DNA of 27,932 bases from Gemmatimonadaceae bacterium (GTDB lineage Bacteria > Gemmatimonadota > Gemmatimonadetes > Gemmatimonadales > Gemmatimonadaceae), in the NCBI GenBank assembly GCA_044224875.1, contig JBGAJQ010000067.1, forward strand, positions 1 through 27,932, given 5' to 3'. The position numbers and the translations under genes are program-made. The notes below the pieces were generated by a model. The model had not been told where the DNA came from. It did not search any database and worked only from the letters and a program-made list of their open reading frames with translations. Of the stretch, positions 10,386 through 19,784 are shown one piece after another (the stretch's first letter is position 1; the number at the start of each line of letters is the position of its first letter).

Positions 10386-11996
10386 CTAGCGTATCCCGCT
10401 CAGCGCCGCCGCACGGTCGAAGTGTCGCGCCGCTTCACCAATCGCGGGATCGCGGCGAAGCTCCGTGAGGTACATCCCCTCGTCACCCCACTTTGCGTGC
10501 GCCACCGCTCGACTCAGCAGTGTGTTGAGCTGTGTATCGCTCTCCGCGCCTGTGGGAATCTCGACGCCCTGCTGCGCGGCAAAGCGTCGAAAGTCAGCCA
10601 AGGCGCTCGAAGGCAGCCCAGGACCGCTGGCAAACGCCGCAGCTGACGGCAACGCCGCGTCATTCGCGCTCACATACCCGCCGACCCAGGCCAGCGTCAG
10701 ATTCTGTTCCCGCACTCTGGCTAGCCACGTCGGTAGCACCTGGTCGTCGGCCAACACCACGTCGGGGTAGATCCCACCGCCGCCGTACACGGTGCGACCG
10801 CCGTCGGTCTTGCACGCTGGCCGGCCTGCGGTGTCCCGCTCCGCACGTGCCATGCGATAGTAGTCTCGCCGAGTGATCGTGCGGTACTGACGCTGAACGA
10901 CGCGGCCACACGGCGTCTTGATGTGCCCAACCACCAACTCGATCAGCGAACCGTCGGCGAGTGGAAGGCCGATCATCATCAGTGACTTCCCAAAACTTGG
11001 CCGCCCCACCACGAGCGCGCGATCGTGATCCTGCAGCGCACCGGTGACCAGCTCCGACGCCGACGCGGTTCCCTCATTGACCATCACCACCATAGGGTAC
11101 CGCTTGGCCTGCTGCCAGAACGATCGCTTCACACGGCCCGTGTCGATCAACTCCGCCTTACGACCCTCGGCGATGTACACGACACTTCCCGTGGGAAGAA
11201 ATTCTCCCGCGACGAGCGCGGCCTCCTTCACACTCCCGCCACCGTTGTCACGGAGATCCAGCACCAATCGTTGCATTCCACGCCCTTCGAGCTCTCCAAG
11301 TGCGCTATGCAATTGCTCGGCGATCTTCTCTGCCATGAAGGTGGTGATGCGTACGTAGCCGGTCGACGCGTCGAGCATTTCATGCACCGGCACCGCCGTT
11401 GCCTCGCCGCCGCGTTCTCGACGAACCTCGCGCTCGAATCGAGCGATCGTCCCGTCCAAGCGCCTCCGCTCGAAGCCGAGTCGAACGACGCTCCGCTTCT
11501 CTCCGGACAGGGAAAACAGCAGCTCGCCTTCGCTCTCGGCGCGGACCGGCTGTCCCTCGATGCTTACCAACTCATCGCCCGGGAGAATGTCCAGTTGCGA
11601 TGCCTGCGACCCCGCCGCTACAGATGCAACGATCGGCGATCCGCCGACAAACCCGAACTCGAGCGGCACCGGGTACAACTTCCCGTCTCGCCACAGCTGC
11701 TCCTTTGCCGGGGAGAGCCTGGCCCCCGGAATGACATACGAGTGCGGATCGGCGGCATGCACCAACCCCTGGATCGCCGCCATCAGGAGTTCGTGCGTGT
11801 CGAGCGAGTCGGGGTGGTTGGTCCGGATCTGGTTCAGCACCTGGCTGAACATCAGGAGGTCCTCGGCGGCGGACCGCGGCCGGACGGCGCGCGTTGTATC
11901 CCGCTGCTGGGCCGCAGCGGTCATCGGGCCGGACACCAGCAGGCCGGCGGCCAGCGCCCCTCTGTAGACCCATCGCAATGCGCTCACGGTTGTCAC
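10386..11996 (-). CDS. S41 family C-terminal processing peptidase with PDZ domain
   Basis: DPHS, a PDZ segment (ILPGDELVSIEG), GYVRITTF, LVLDLRDNGGG, TASASELVTGALQDHDRA, SFGK, GGGIYPD. The start is placed at GTG 11996, after the TPR gene stop. Confidence 0.9.
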   Translation of the reverse strand: MTTVSALRWVYRGALAAGLLVSGPMTAAAQQRDTTRAVRPRSAAEDLLMFSQVLNQIRTNHPDSLDTHELLMAAIQGLVHAADPHSYVIPGARLSPAKEQLWRDGKLYPVPLEFGFVGGSPIVASVAAGSQASQLDILPGDELVSIEGQPVRAESEGELLFSLSGEKRSVVRLGFERRRLDGTIARFEREVRRERGGEATAVPVHEMLDASTGYVRITTFMAEKIAEQLHSALGELEGRGMQRLVLDLRDNGGGSVKEAALVAGEFLPTGSVVYIAEGRKAELIDTGRVKRSFWQQAKRYPMVVMVNEGTASASELVTGALQDHDRALVVGRPSFGKSLMMIGLPLADGSLIELVVGHIKTPCGRVVQRQYRTITRRDYYRMARAERDTAGRPACKTDGGRTVYGGGGIYPDVVLADDQVLPTWLARVREQNLTLAWVGGYVSANDAALPSAAAFASGPGLPSSALADFRRFAAQQGVEIPTGAESDTQLNTLLSRAVAHAKWGDEGMYLTELRRDPAIGEAARHFDRAAALSGIR

Positions 11997-12009
11997 CTTA
12001 CTCGTGCCG

Positions 12010-13218
12010 TCAGTTGCTCTTGAGTTCCGACAATCGGGCTTCGACATCGCGTCGCATTGGGGCGCTTCGGGCGGAAAGCAGGAGATAGCGCTGGTACGCT
12101 TCGACCGCCGCCGACGGGTTCTCCTTCTCGAGGAGACGCCCGATAGTGGCGTGTGGCGTGGCCCAGTAGGGTTCCAATTCGGCGGCAGCACGGAGCTGCG
12201 CAAGGGCATCGGTGTTGCGGCCGACGGAGGACAAGGTGACGCCATACATGTGCCGCACCCACGGCTCCTTGGGCGCAACCTGCGCCGCCAGGTCCAACTC
12301 AGCGAGAGCCGCCGTCGTGTCCTTTTCCGCCAGTGAAAGCAGCCCCAGTCGCAGGTGCGCCGGCCAGTACGAGAGGTCCTCCTGCAGGGCGCGACCATAC
12401 GCCTCGCGGGCCCCGGCGTTGTCCCCGCGACCCTCGAGCAGCACGGCGATGCTATGCTCCAACACCGCCTTCGAGTTGTAGAGCACCACCACCTTCTTCT
12501 CGTCTCGCTTCTTCAGCTCCTCAATCGCCAGCTTGAACTCGCTGACTGCGCTGTCCACCTCGCGCCGCATGCCGAAGATGCGACCTCGCATGGTCCGGTA
12601 CCCGGCCTTCTCCTTTGCGGCTTTGATGGCATCGGCATAGCGCTTCAGCGCCAGGTCGAAGTCTCCGTCGGAGTACGCGGACCAGGCACGCGTACCCTGA
12701 TCGGCCGCCTGCATCGCCCGTTCGATGTAATGCGAGATCTCTCCTGGCGACACATCGTTGAGGCTGACGCCATTCTCTCGTAGCGATCGCTCGATGGACT
12801 CGCGCCACCATTGCGTGAACATGGGGCGGTCCAGGCGACGGTACAGGAAGGGGCTGGAGATGACGGCTCGCAAGTAGAGCGAGTCCAGACGTCGCATCTC
12901 CTTGGACGGGTTGTTGTCGTTCCCCGAGAAGTACTCGCGACGCAAGTTCGGCATCCGCATGATCTCTGCCGAGCGGTAGCCGTAGAACGCGTCGCCTAAC
13001 GTTGGATCGATGCGGGATGCCCAATAGAAGGCGCCAGAAGCGTCGCTTGGGTTTCGTTCGAACTGGTCGATACCGTAGTTGAAGTAGGCGCGGGCGTCGT
13101 TGGTATCGGCGATGGCCGACGCGTGAGGCCTCGGAGGTGCCTTTTGCGGCTGTGCGAGACTGCCCCGGCTCCAGGCCAAGAGGCACACGATCACCGCGAT
13201 GCCCATTCCCCTCCACAT
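12010..13218 (-). CDS. Secreted tetratricopeptide-repeat protein
   Basis: ATG 13218 follows GAGGAGG. It has a signal peptide and TPR-like helices (AREAYGRALQEDLSYWPAHLRLG; ALAQLRAAAELEPYWATPHATIG). Confidence 0.85.
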   Translation of the reverse strand: MWRGMGIAVIVCLLAWSRGSLAQPQKAPPRPHASAIADTNDARAYFNYGIDQFERNPSDASGAFYWASRIDPTLGDAFYGYRSAEIMRMPNLRREYFSGNDNNPSKEMRRLDSLYLRAVISSPFLYRRLDRPMFTQWWRESIERSLRENGVSLNDVSPGEISHYIERAMQAADQGTRAWSAYSDGDFDLALKRYADAIKAAKEKAGYRTMRGRIFGMRREVDSAVSEFKLAIEELKKRDEKKVVVLYNSKAVLEHSIAVLLEGRGDNAGAREAYGRALQEDLSYWPAHLRLGLLSLAEKDTTAALAELDLAAQVAPKEPWVRHMYGVTLSSVGRNTDALAQLRAAAELEPYWATPHATIGRLLEKENPSAAVEAYQRYLLLSARSAPMRRDVEARLSELKSN

Positions 13219-13415
13219 AACCCCTCCTCGGTGAGCGCCGGCTCCCACCATCGGTCAGCCATTGGCGAGCACGCCCTCGTCTTCCGATGACCCGGCTGCA
13301 ACAGATAGAATATGAGTCTTGGTGTCGGCTGCCAACCCCCGGTTGCTCTGGTGCGGTGTGGTCGGTCCGACGCGTCACCGACATCAGGGCTCCCCTGACA
13401 CAGCAGAAGGCTCCT

Positions 13416-14819
13416 ATGGCATCCCGCCGCGATTTCGTTGCACAGATTGGTCTTGGCCTTGCGTCCGCGACGGCCGCGGCCGAAGCGTTAGCTTCCCAGC
13501 CGCAACGTCGGTCAGGCTCTGAGCGGCTTTTGGTGGAGAATCCGCACCACCCAACACCGGCTCCGCTGGGCGTGGACCGGTTGCCCCTGGCGTGGTATCA
13601 GGCACAATCGCGCCGGCTGCGCGAACAGGCCAAGGCCCAAGGCGTGGATGCCGTGCTGCTGCAAAGCGACACGAACCTCGTGTACTTCACCGGCTGCTTC
13701 CGCAACTCCGGGGAGCGAACGACGTGGGTGCTGATGCCGGTGAATGAGAGCGACACCGCGTACTGGTACTCGCCGGCCATCGACCGCGACCTCATCACCA
13801 CGTGGTGGTGCACGGAGAACGAGTACTACTTCTGCTATCCACACGCCGAGGGCGGGTTCCCCAACCGGGGACTGCTCGTTAGGCGTGGGGCGCGTGTGGA
13901 CCTGTGGGAGTGGGTGCTGGGCCGGCTGGCGGCCCGAGGCCTCAGCGGCAAGACGATCGGGTTGGACCGCGAACTCACGCCGTCGGCGCAACGGACCTTC
14001 GATCGCATGCTCCCCGGCTCCAAGGCCGTGGATATCGGCGACATCTGCCTGAAGATGCAGATCATCAAGACGCCCGAGGAGATTGCGCTCACGCAACGTG
14101 CCTATCGCTACTTCGACCACGTGCACGCGTTTGCGCGCGACTACCTGTTGGAGCACGGCACCAGCACCACGGACTATCAGGTTGGCCAGGCGCTCGCGTC
14201 GTACGGCATCAACCTCATGATGCGGGACGTGAAGCGGGACGGAAAGCCGCACAGCGCGGTGGGCATGGACGTGACGGGCAACTACGTCCGAACCGGTGTG
14301 GCCACGGCGTATCCGCACCCCAACCAATTCTTCCACGCGCCGATTCGCCGCGGCCAACCCGTGTATGTGAACTGCGACATCTTGTTAGGCGGCTATGGAG
14401 GCGAGGGGTATCGCAACTATATCCTGCTGCCGTCCACGCAGGCCCACGACAAGATGTGGCAGGTGGTGGCAGACACGGTGCAGATCATCGTGGAAGAGGC
14501 CAAGCCGGGGGCCGTCTGCTCGGACGTCGCCTACAAGGTCCACGAGTATCAGGTCAAACAGGGGATGCAGGAGTACATCTACCATCGGCCGGGGCATGGG
14601 CAGGGACAGAACTTCGTGGGGCATCAGCCGCCATTCCTGGCGCTGGGGGATCACACGGTGATCGAGGAAGGGATGACGTTTTCAGTCGAACCGGGCCTGT
14701 ACGACGAGAAGCACGGGATCGGGATCAACCCGAGCGATCGGCTGGTGGTGCTCAAGGATCGTGCCGTGTTGATGAGCCGGATCCCGTTCTCGAAGGAGTG
14801 GAGCTATCTGAAGGTGTAG
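13416..14819 (+). CDS. M24 (Xaa-Pro/creatinase-like) peptidase with Tat signal
   Basis: MASRRDFVAQ Tat motif; IKTPEEI, AYPH, HRPGHGQG, EGMTFSVEPGLY. Confidence 0.88.
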   Translation: MASRRDFVAQIGLGLASATAAAEALASQPQRRSGSERLLVENPHHPTPAPLGVDRLPLAWYQAQSRRLREQAKAQGVDAVLLQSDTNLVYFTGCFRNSGERTTWVLMPVNESDTAYWYSPAIDRDLITTWWCTENEYYFCYPHAEGGFPNRGLLVRRGARVDLWEWVLGRLAARGLSGKTIGLDRELTPSAQRTFDRMLPGSKAVDIGDICLKMQIIKTPEEIALTQRAYRYFDHVHAFARDYLLEHGTSTTDYQVGQALASYGINLMMRDVKRDGKPHSAVGMDVTGNYVRTGVATAYPHPNQFFHAPIRRGQPVYVNCDILLGGYGGEGYRNYILLPSTQAHDKMWQVVADTVQIIVEEAKPGAVCSDVAYKVHEYQVKQGMQEYIYHRPGHGQGQNFVGHQPPFLALGDHTVIEEGMTFSVEPGLYDEKHGIGINPSDRLVVLKDRAVLMSRIPFSKEWSYLKV

Positions 14820-14988
14820 GGGCTCACCCGACTCCTGGCGTCGCCTGGGAACGAAGGTTACGAGCTGGCGTACTGCTCCAGTACTGCCGTTCAGCTGCGG
14901 CGAGCTGCGTCGCCCTACCCGTTCCTACGAGCTTCATGCTGCAGCATCGTTCCCGTGATGTCCGCGCGTCAGCAGTCGTAAGGGCGGA

Positions 14989-15309
14989 CTACTCGCCGTA
15001 CATCTCCGTGATCAGCCGCCGAAGCAGGCTGGCGTCCCCGCTAGAGAGTGCGCCGAGTTTCTTGCCAAGTCGTGCCTTGCTCATCGTCCGGATCTGGTCC
15101 ACGGCGATCTCGGCGTGCCGCCCTCCCACGCGTACTCCGAGGCGCGTTCTCCATGTTGGATGTAGCTGCGAGGTGAGCGGGCAGACCGTCACGGTGGACA
15201 GCCGGTCATTGAGCGCGTCCAGGCTGACGATGACGACTGGACGCGTCTTCGCCATCTCGCCGCCTTGTGTCGGATCAAGCCGCGCCCAGCGCACGTCGTA
15301 CCGCTTCAT
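14989..15309 (-). CDS. mazF: PemK/MazF family toxin
   Basis: MKRYDVRWARLDPTQGGEMAKTRPVVIVS...VTVCPLTS...VDQIRTMSKARL; it overlaps the antitoxin stop (ATGA). Confidence 0.93.
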   Translation of the reverse strand: MKRYDVRWARLDPTQGGEMAKTRPVVIVSLDALNDRLSTVTVCPLTSQLHPTWRTRLGVRVGGRHAEIAVDQIRTMSKARLGKKLGALSSGDASLLRRLITEMYGE

Positions 15310-15647
15310 TTCCGTGTGCGCTCCTTCTTGCCTCGCGCGGTGGAATACTTCGCAGACGATTCTGCGACGCGCGCCGACTTACGGCCGGACCAGGGGACCG
15401 ACTCGAGCCCGTCCGCGAGAACGTCATCCCATTCCGTCCAATTCTCGCCTGCGGCCGCCATGTCACGCGCTGTGTCCTCCCATGACAGCTTCGCCCCGAG
15501 GTCTTTCCGTGGCCGCAGGAGGATCCCCTCGGGGCGCTCCTCCATGATCACGCTCTCGCCAATGCGATAGCGGTCGAGTGTCCTGGCCGGAATGCGCACA
15601 CCACGCGAGTTGCCGATTCGAGCGACCTTCAGCTGGAGTGTCTTCAT
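15306..15647 (-). CDS. mazE: AbrB/MazE/SpoVT family antitoxin
   Basis: KVARIGNSRGVRIP AbrB motif; lies directly upstream of mazF. Confidence 0.9.
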   Translation of the reverse strand: MKTLQLKVARIGNSRGVRIPARTLDRYRIGESVIMEERPEGILLRPRKDLGAKLSWEDTARDMAAAGENWTEWDDVLADGLESVPWSGRKSARVAESSAKYSTARGKKERTRK

Positions 15648-15781
15648 GTAATAACAGTAGGTACATCCGGCCGTTTCGGCAACGATTGGGTGTGGACAGT
15701 CGATGCGAGGCGGGCAAAGTATCCGTAAGACCGCTTGGCTGCGGCGAGCCTTTCGCCGAAACCCGTCTCCCCGGAGGCATC

Positions 15782-17314
15782 ATGCGTGAACTTCGTCAGT
15801 TGGCAGTTGCTGCTGTCGTGATGGTGGTCGCTACAATGCCGGCGTCTGTTCAGGCGCAACAGGTCGGCGCCACCCTCACCGTCAGCATCCACGATTCGGC
15901 TGGGAAGCGCATCACAAACGCCGTCGCTCGTATTCCGGCTTTGAATCGGGGCGCGGCGTTTGAGCGCGACAGCATCGCCACGTTCGATTCGCTTCCTCCC
16001 GAGCAAGTGCGCGTGTACGTGCGAGCACTTGGCTATCACGCAAGGGACACGACGATCGCGCTTGCGGCAGGAGCGAACATCAGATGGAATGCCATTCTCG
16101 AGGAATACCCTCTCTTCCTCGGCGATGACAGCGCCAACCGTGCCGCCGAGCAGGCCAACACCGCCGCCGGTCGGACCGACAGCGTCGCACTCGGGATGCT
16201 CAAGCCCGACACATCCTCGGTTTTCACGTATCGATCGTTCGGCCAGCGTCTCTTTTTTCAGCTGATGCGGCAAGCAGGTGCTCACAATACGGTTGTCGTG
16301 TCACCGGCGAGCGCCGGGCTAGCCTTGGCCATGGTGTATGCCGGCGCCCGGGGCACCACGGCACGGGACATGGAGCACGCCCTGGGGTCCCGGCCGCTGA
16401 CAGCGCCCGTCTTCGCCAGCCGCAACCGCGCGCTACTGGATCGTCTGGCGGGGCGCACCGACGTCCAGCTGGAGGTCTCGAATGCCCTGTGGGTTGATGA
16501 TGACCTCGCCCTGGATCCCGGCTATCGCCGCTCGGTGGCCGACGCCTATCGTGCGACCGTCGCACAGCTGGACCTGCCGACGGGTCGTGCGCGCAATGCA
16601 ATCAACGACTGGGCCAAGACGGTCTCACACGGCAAGATCCCGGTGATCATTCCGGAGAACCTGCCGGACAGCATGGTCTTGTTTGTGGGAAATGCCGTGT
16701 ACTTCAAGGGGAAGTGGCTGGATCAGTTCAATAAGACCAATACGCGCGAACGCCCGTTCCACGTGTCGTCTGGAGTTGTGGTCCCCATGCAGGGCATGGA
16801 ACGCACAGGGGGCTATGCGTACCGACAGCTCTGGGGCTACGAGATGCTGCGTATCCCGTACCGGACGGGGAAGACGGCGATGTACGTGTTGCTGCCGACG
16901 GAGGGGCAAGACCTGGCATCGCTGCAGAAGGCGCTGACGGAGCATTGGCCACCCAGTCTCACCAGCGCGGACTTTCAGCGTGTACACCTCGTGCTGCCAC
17001 GCTTTCACGTGGAGTCGAGCGTTGACCTGATGGCACCGCTGGATAGCCTGGGCATGGGGATCGCGTTGCGGTGTGGGGCTGCGGACTTCAGCGGCATTGC
17101 CAAGCATCCGATGTGCATTGGCCGAGCGAACCAGTCGATCTACGTCGATGTGGACGAGGAGGGGACGGAAGCAGTCGCCATCACTGGGTTCGGCCTCGTC
17201 TCAACAGGCGAGGTTGCTCCTCGGGAGTTCATCGTCGACCGTCCCTTCCTCTTCATCATTCGAGATGAACTCACTGGCGTCGATCTCTTCGTTGGACGCG
17301 TCACAAAGCCGTAG
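15782..17314 (+). CDS. Secreted serpin with N-terminal carboxypeptidase-regulatory-like beta-sandwich domain
   Basis: ATG 15782 follows GGAGG and a signal peptide. Serpin motifs: VVSPAS, GARGTT, SNALW, INDWAK, NAVYFKGKW, LPRF, DEEGTEA, FIVDRPFLFIIRD, LFVGRVTKP. Confidence 0.93.
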   Translation: MRELRQLAVAAVVMVVATMPASVQAQQVGATLTVSIHDSAGKRITNAVARIPALNRGAAFERDSIATFDSLPPEQVRVYVRALGYHARDTTIALAAGANIRWNAILEEYPLFLGDDSANRAAEQANTAAGRTDSVALGMLKPDTSSVFTYRSFGQRLFFQLMRQAGAHNTVVVSPASAGLALAMVYAGARGTTARDMEHALGSRPLTAPVFASRNRALLDRLAGRTDVQLEVSNALWVDDDLALDPGYRRSVADAYRATVAQLDLPTGRARNAINDWAKTVSHGKIPVIIPENLPDSMVLFVGNAVYFKGKWLDQFNKTNTRERPFHVSSGVVVPMQGMERTGGYAYRQLWGYEMLRIPYRTGKTAMYVLLPTEGQDLASLQKALTEHWPPSLTSADFQRVHLVLPRFHVESSVDLMAPLDSLGMGIALRCGAADFSGIAKHPMCIGRANQSIYVDVDEEGTEAVAITGFGLVSTGEVAPREFIVDRPFLFIIRDELTGVDLFVGRVTKP

Positions 17315-17650
17315 GCACGGCTCGTCATCGCACGTATCGTGATCCAGCTCCGGCGTGGTATCGAGTCCACGCCGGAGCGACCTCGCGCAGTGCAGCACTC
17401 CCGAGCCGATCGGCTTCTGGGTTCCACAGGCCAGCCCAGCGAACTCCTACGTACTCAACGGGTCCGCATCGTGCTGGTGAACACTCGGCGACCCGCTGGT
17501 GACTGTATGAATTCGACGTTGCGCTATGGGGCTCTCCTGACCCATAGTGTCAGCTGGAGTCGTAGATGTTCACGCGAAAGCAGGGTCGACGGGCAGCCGA
17601 GCTCGGGGCCGGCGCAACGACTCGGGAAGGGAACGACAGTGATCGCACCC

Positions 17651-18412
17651 ATGTACCGCCGGATAGCGTGCCTCGCGCCCCTGTTGATGCTCCTTGCGCA
17701 TGAGGCGCTTCCAGCGCAAGTGGTGAAGGGTCGAGTCACATCGCGTGACGCCGCGATCGATGGCGCAGTGGTCGAGCTCCTCACTGCCGACAGCGTCGTG
17801 CAGCGAACGAGCCGCACCCGGGCGAATGGCGAGTTCCGGCTTACGGGCGTCGCCCCGGGTCCGTTCACACTCCAGGTCCGCAGGCTCGGCTTCCGGCCCG
17901 CGCGTCTTCCGCTGTCGCTGCATGGTGACACGCTGCGCCTCGATGTTCAGCTCGAACCCGCTGCCGTCGAACTCCCGCTGGTTACGATCAATGGTGAACG
18001 TGACGCCGTATTGGACCTTCCCGTGATGGGGTACGACACGCGCTCATTGCCCGTCACGATCTTCACGCCGTCCCAGCTGCAAGCCGTGGGCGCGAATGCC
18101 CACCAGTACCTCGATGTCATCCGCAAACTCCGCCTCACATTCGCCTATGTCGACGACAACTGCGTACGCGATTCGGGGTCGAATCTCTGCTTCAGCGTCT
18201 ATCTGGACGATCGTCCGCTAGCTGGCGGTGAAGACATCGACATGCTCAGAGCGACGCACTTCGTCCTAGATCCAAACGACTTCGATCACGTCGTATTCTT
18301 GCGTCTGCAAGAAGGGCCCGCCGAACTTCGCGGCACCATGTTCTTGTACTCGTCGCAATACACCAAACGGATCCGTGAACACCGGCGGACCCGCGTCGTG
18401 CGAAAACAGTAG
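17651..18412 (+). CDS. Secreted carboxypeptidase-regulatory-like domain protein
   Basis: Signal peptide from ATG 17651, then VKGRVT...IDGAVVEL...TRANGEFRLTGVAPGPFTLQVRRLGFRP. Confidence 0.82.
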   Translation: MYRRIACLAPLLMLLAHEALPAQVVKGRVTSRDAAIDGAVVELLTADSVVQRTSRTRANGEFRLTGVAPGPFTLQVRRLGFRPARLPLSLHGDTLRLDVQLEPAAVELPLVTINGERDAVLDLPVMGYDTRSLPVTIFTPSQLQAVGANAHQYLDVIRKLRLTFAYVDDNCVRDSGSNLCFSVYLDDRPLAGGEDIDMLRATHFVLDPNDFDHVVFLRLQEGPAELRGTMFLYSSQYTKRIREHRRTRVVRKQ

Positions 18413-18433
18413 CCGTTCGACGACACGGCGGGT

Positions 18434-19675
18434 TTGCGGGCGGGCTCCCCCTTCCCTCCTCTGGCGCACCACGCGCCCACGCGTACCTTCGCCGGCGTGG
18501 ACCACCCGACCACCAACCACCTCACTCGGCGAGACGCGCTCAAGTCCCTCGGCGCCGTCGCGCTCCTCTCGGCTGCAACCGCCTGCACCGATCGCGGACG
18601 GAAGTACTCCGTCGACCGATCTGGCCAGCCAGGCTTTCCACGCCGCTTCGAGCCGGTGAACATGAGCGCTGGCCGCCACGTGCGCTCCACCGTCGGCCTT
18701 CGTCCCTACCGCAACAACGGCTTTCGCCTGGACGCCGAGCGATTGGATGGTAAGCAGTTGATCCATTGCTATGGACATGGTGGCGGTGGGATGACGCTCT
18801 CGTGGGGGACGGCGAACCTGGCGGTGGAGCTGCTCAGTGGCCTTCCCTCCCCCGGACCGGTGGCGGTCCTCGGCGCCGGCGTCATCGGCCTAACGATCAG
18901 CACGCTGTTGCAGCGGCTCGGTTACGACGTCACGATCTACACGGCGGCGGCATGGCCACACACCACCTCCAACGCCTCGGCGGCCACGTTCTATCCGTCG
19001 CACGTTGTGGACCCGGCGCGTGCCACCGACGCGTTTGGGACCACGCTGGAAGCCGCCCTCCGTCGATCCTATCACGCCTTTCAGCGACTGACGGGTGCGA
19101 AGTACGGCGTGCACTGGATGGACAGCTTCACGCTGCGGGATGGCCGAGAGGAATCGTCGACGCCTTCTGGACCTCCGGATGTGGAATCGCAGGCGGCAGA
19201 GCGGGTGATCGGCACCGGCATCACGCGCCAACTTGATCGCAAGGAGCATCCCTTCGCCGCCCAGCGCGTGGTGGAGGGGCGCGACCTCATCATCGAGCCG
19301 ATGATCTACCTGCGTGCGTTGCTCGAGGATTTCTACATCGCCGGTGGCAAGGTACGGATTCGCCGCTTTGAGACGCTGCGCGATGTGTCGCAGCTGAAGG
19401 AACGCGCAGTGTTCAACGCGACGGGGCTTGGTTCGCGCACGCTGGTGGGCGACAAGGAACTCCGGCCCGCGCGTGGCCAGCTGGTCGTGCTTCCACCGCA
19501 ACCGGGCGTCGACTACTCGCTCTACCATGGCGCGTTCTTCTACATGGTGCCCAGACAGGACGGCATCATCCTCGGCGGCACGTTTGAGCTGGACAACGAG
19601 TCCACGACCGCGAGTGCAGACGATGACAAGATGATCCTCGATGCCCACAAAGCGGTCTTCGACGCCATGAAGTAA
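18434..19675 (+). CDS. FAD-dependent oxidoreductase, D-amino acid oxidase family, Tat/lipoprotein signal, circularly permuted; start possibly GTG 18497
   Basis: LTRRDALKSLGAVALLSAATAC; VGLRPYR and HCYGHGGGGMTLSWG precede the Rossmann motif VLGAGVIG; also NATGLGS and PARGQ. Confidence 0.88.
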   Translation: MRAGSPFPPLAHHAPTRTFAGVDHPTTNHLTRRDALKSLGAVALLSAATACTDRGRKYSVDRSGQPGFPRRFEPVNMSAGRHVRSTVGLRPYRNNGFRLDAERLDGKQLIHCYGHGGGGMTLSWGTANLAVELLSGLPSPGPVAVLGAGVIGLTISTLLQRLGYDVTIYTAAAWPHTTSNASAATFYPSHVVDPARATDAFGTTLEAALRRSYHAFQRLTGAKYGVHWMDSFTLRDGREESSTPSGPPDVESQAAERVIGTGITRQLDRKEHPFAAQRVVEGRDLIIEPMIYLRALLEDFYIAGGKVRIRRFETLRDVSQLKERAVFNATGLGSRTLVGDKELRPARGQLVVLPPQPGVDYSLYHGAFFYMVPRQDGIILGGTFELDNESTTASADDDKMILDAHKAVFDAMK

Positions 19676-19784
19676 CTCGCCTTGGGCGTGCGGCTGACCA
19701 CGGCAATAGGATGTCCGCAGCGGAGCGTCGGACCTTGCCCCGACGCCCACACCTCGCCCTCAAAGCTCGGGCGCTCTGCTGGAA

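Noticed and set aside
11997..12398. Long N-terminal extensions of S41 (and likewise serpin, desaturase, M24, cassette 4)
   Set aside because: They overlap neighbouring genes or attC sites; downstream starts give proper signal peptides or RBS.
13904..15547. 547-aa alternative ORF and the many other overlapping ORFs in the track
   Set aside because: They are shadow frames of well-supported genes, Arg/Pro/Gly-rich without motifs, as expected in high-GC DNA.
19683..19749. Alternative hairpins resembling a riboswitch
   Set aside because: They lie between convergent 3' ends, so a terminator-like role or chance GC pairing is more likely; no aptamer motif is recognised.
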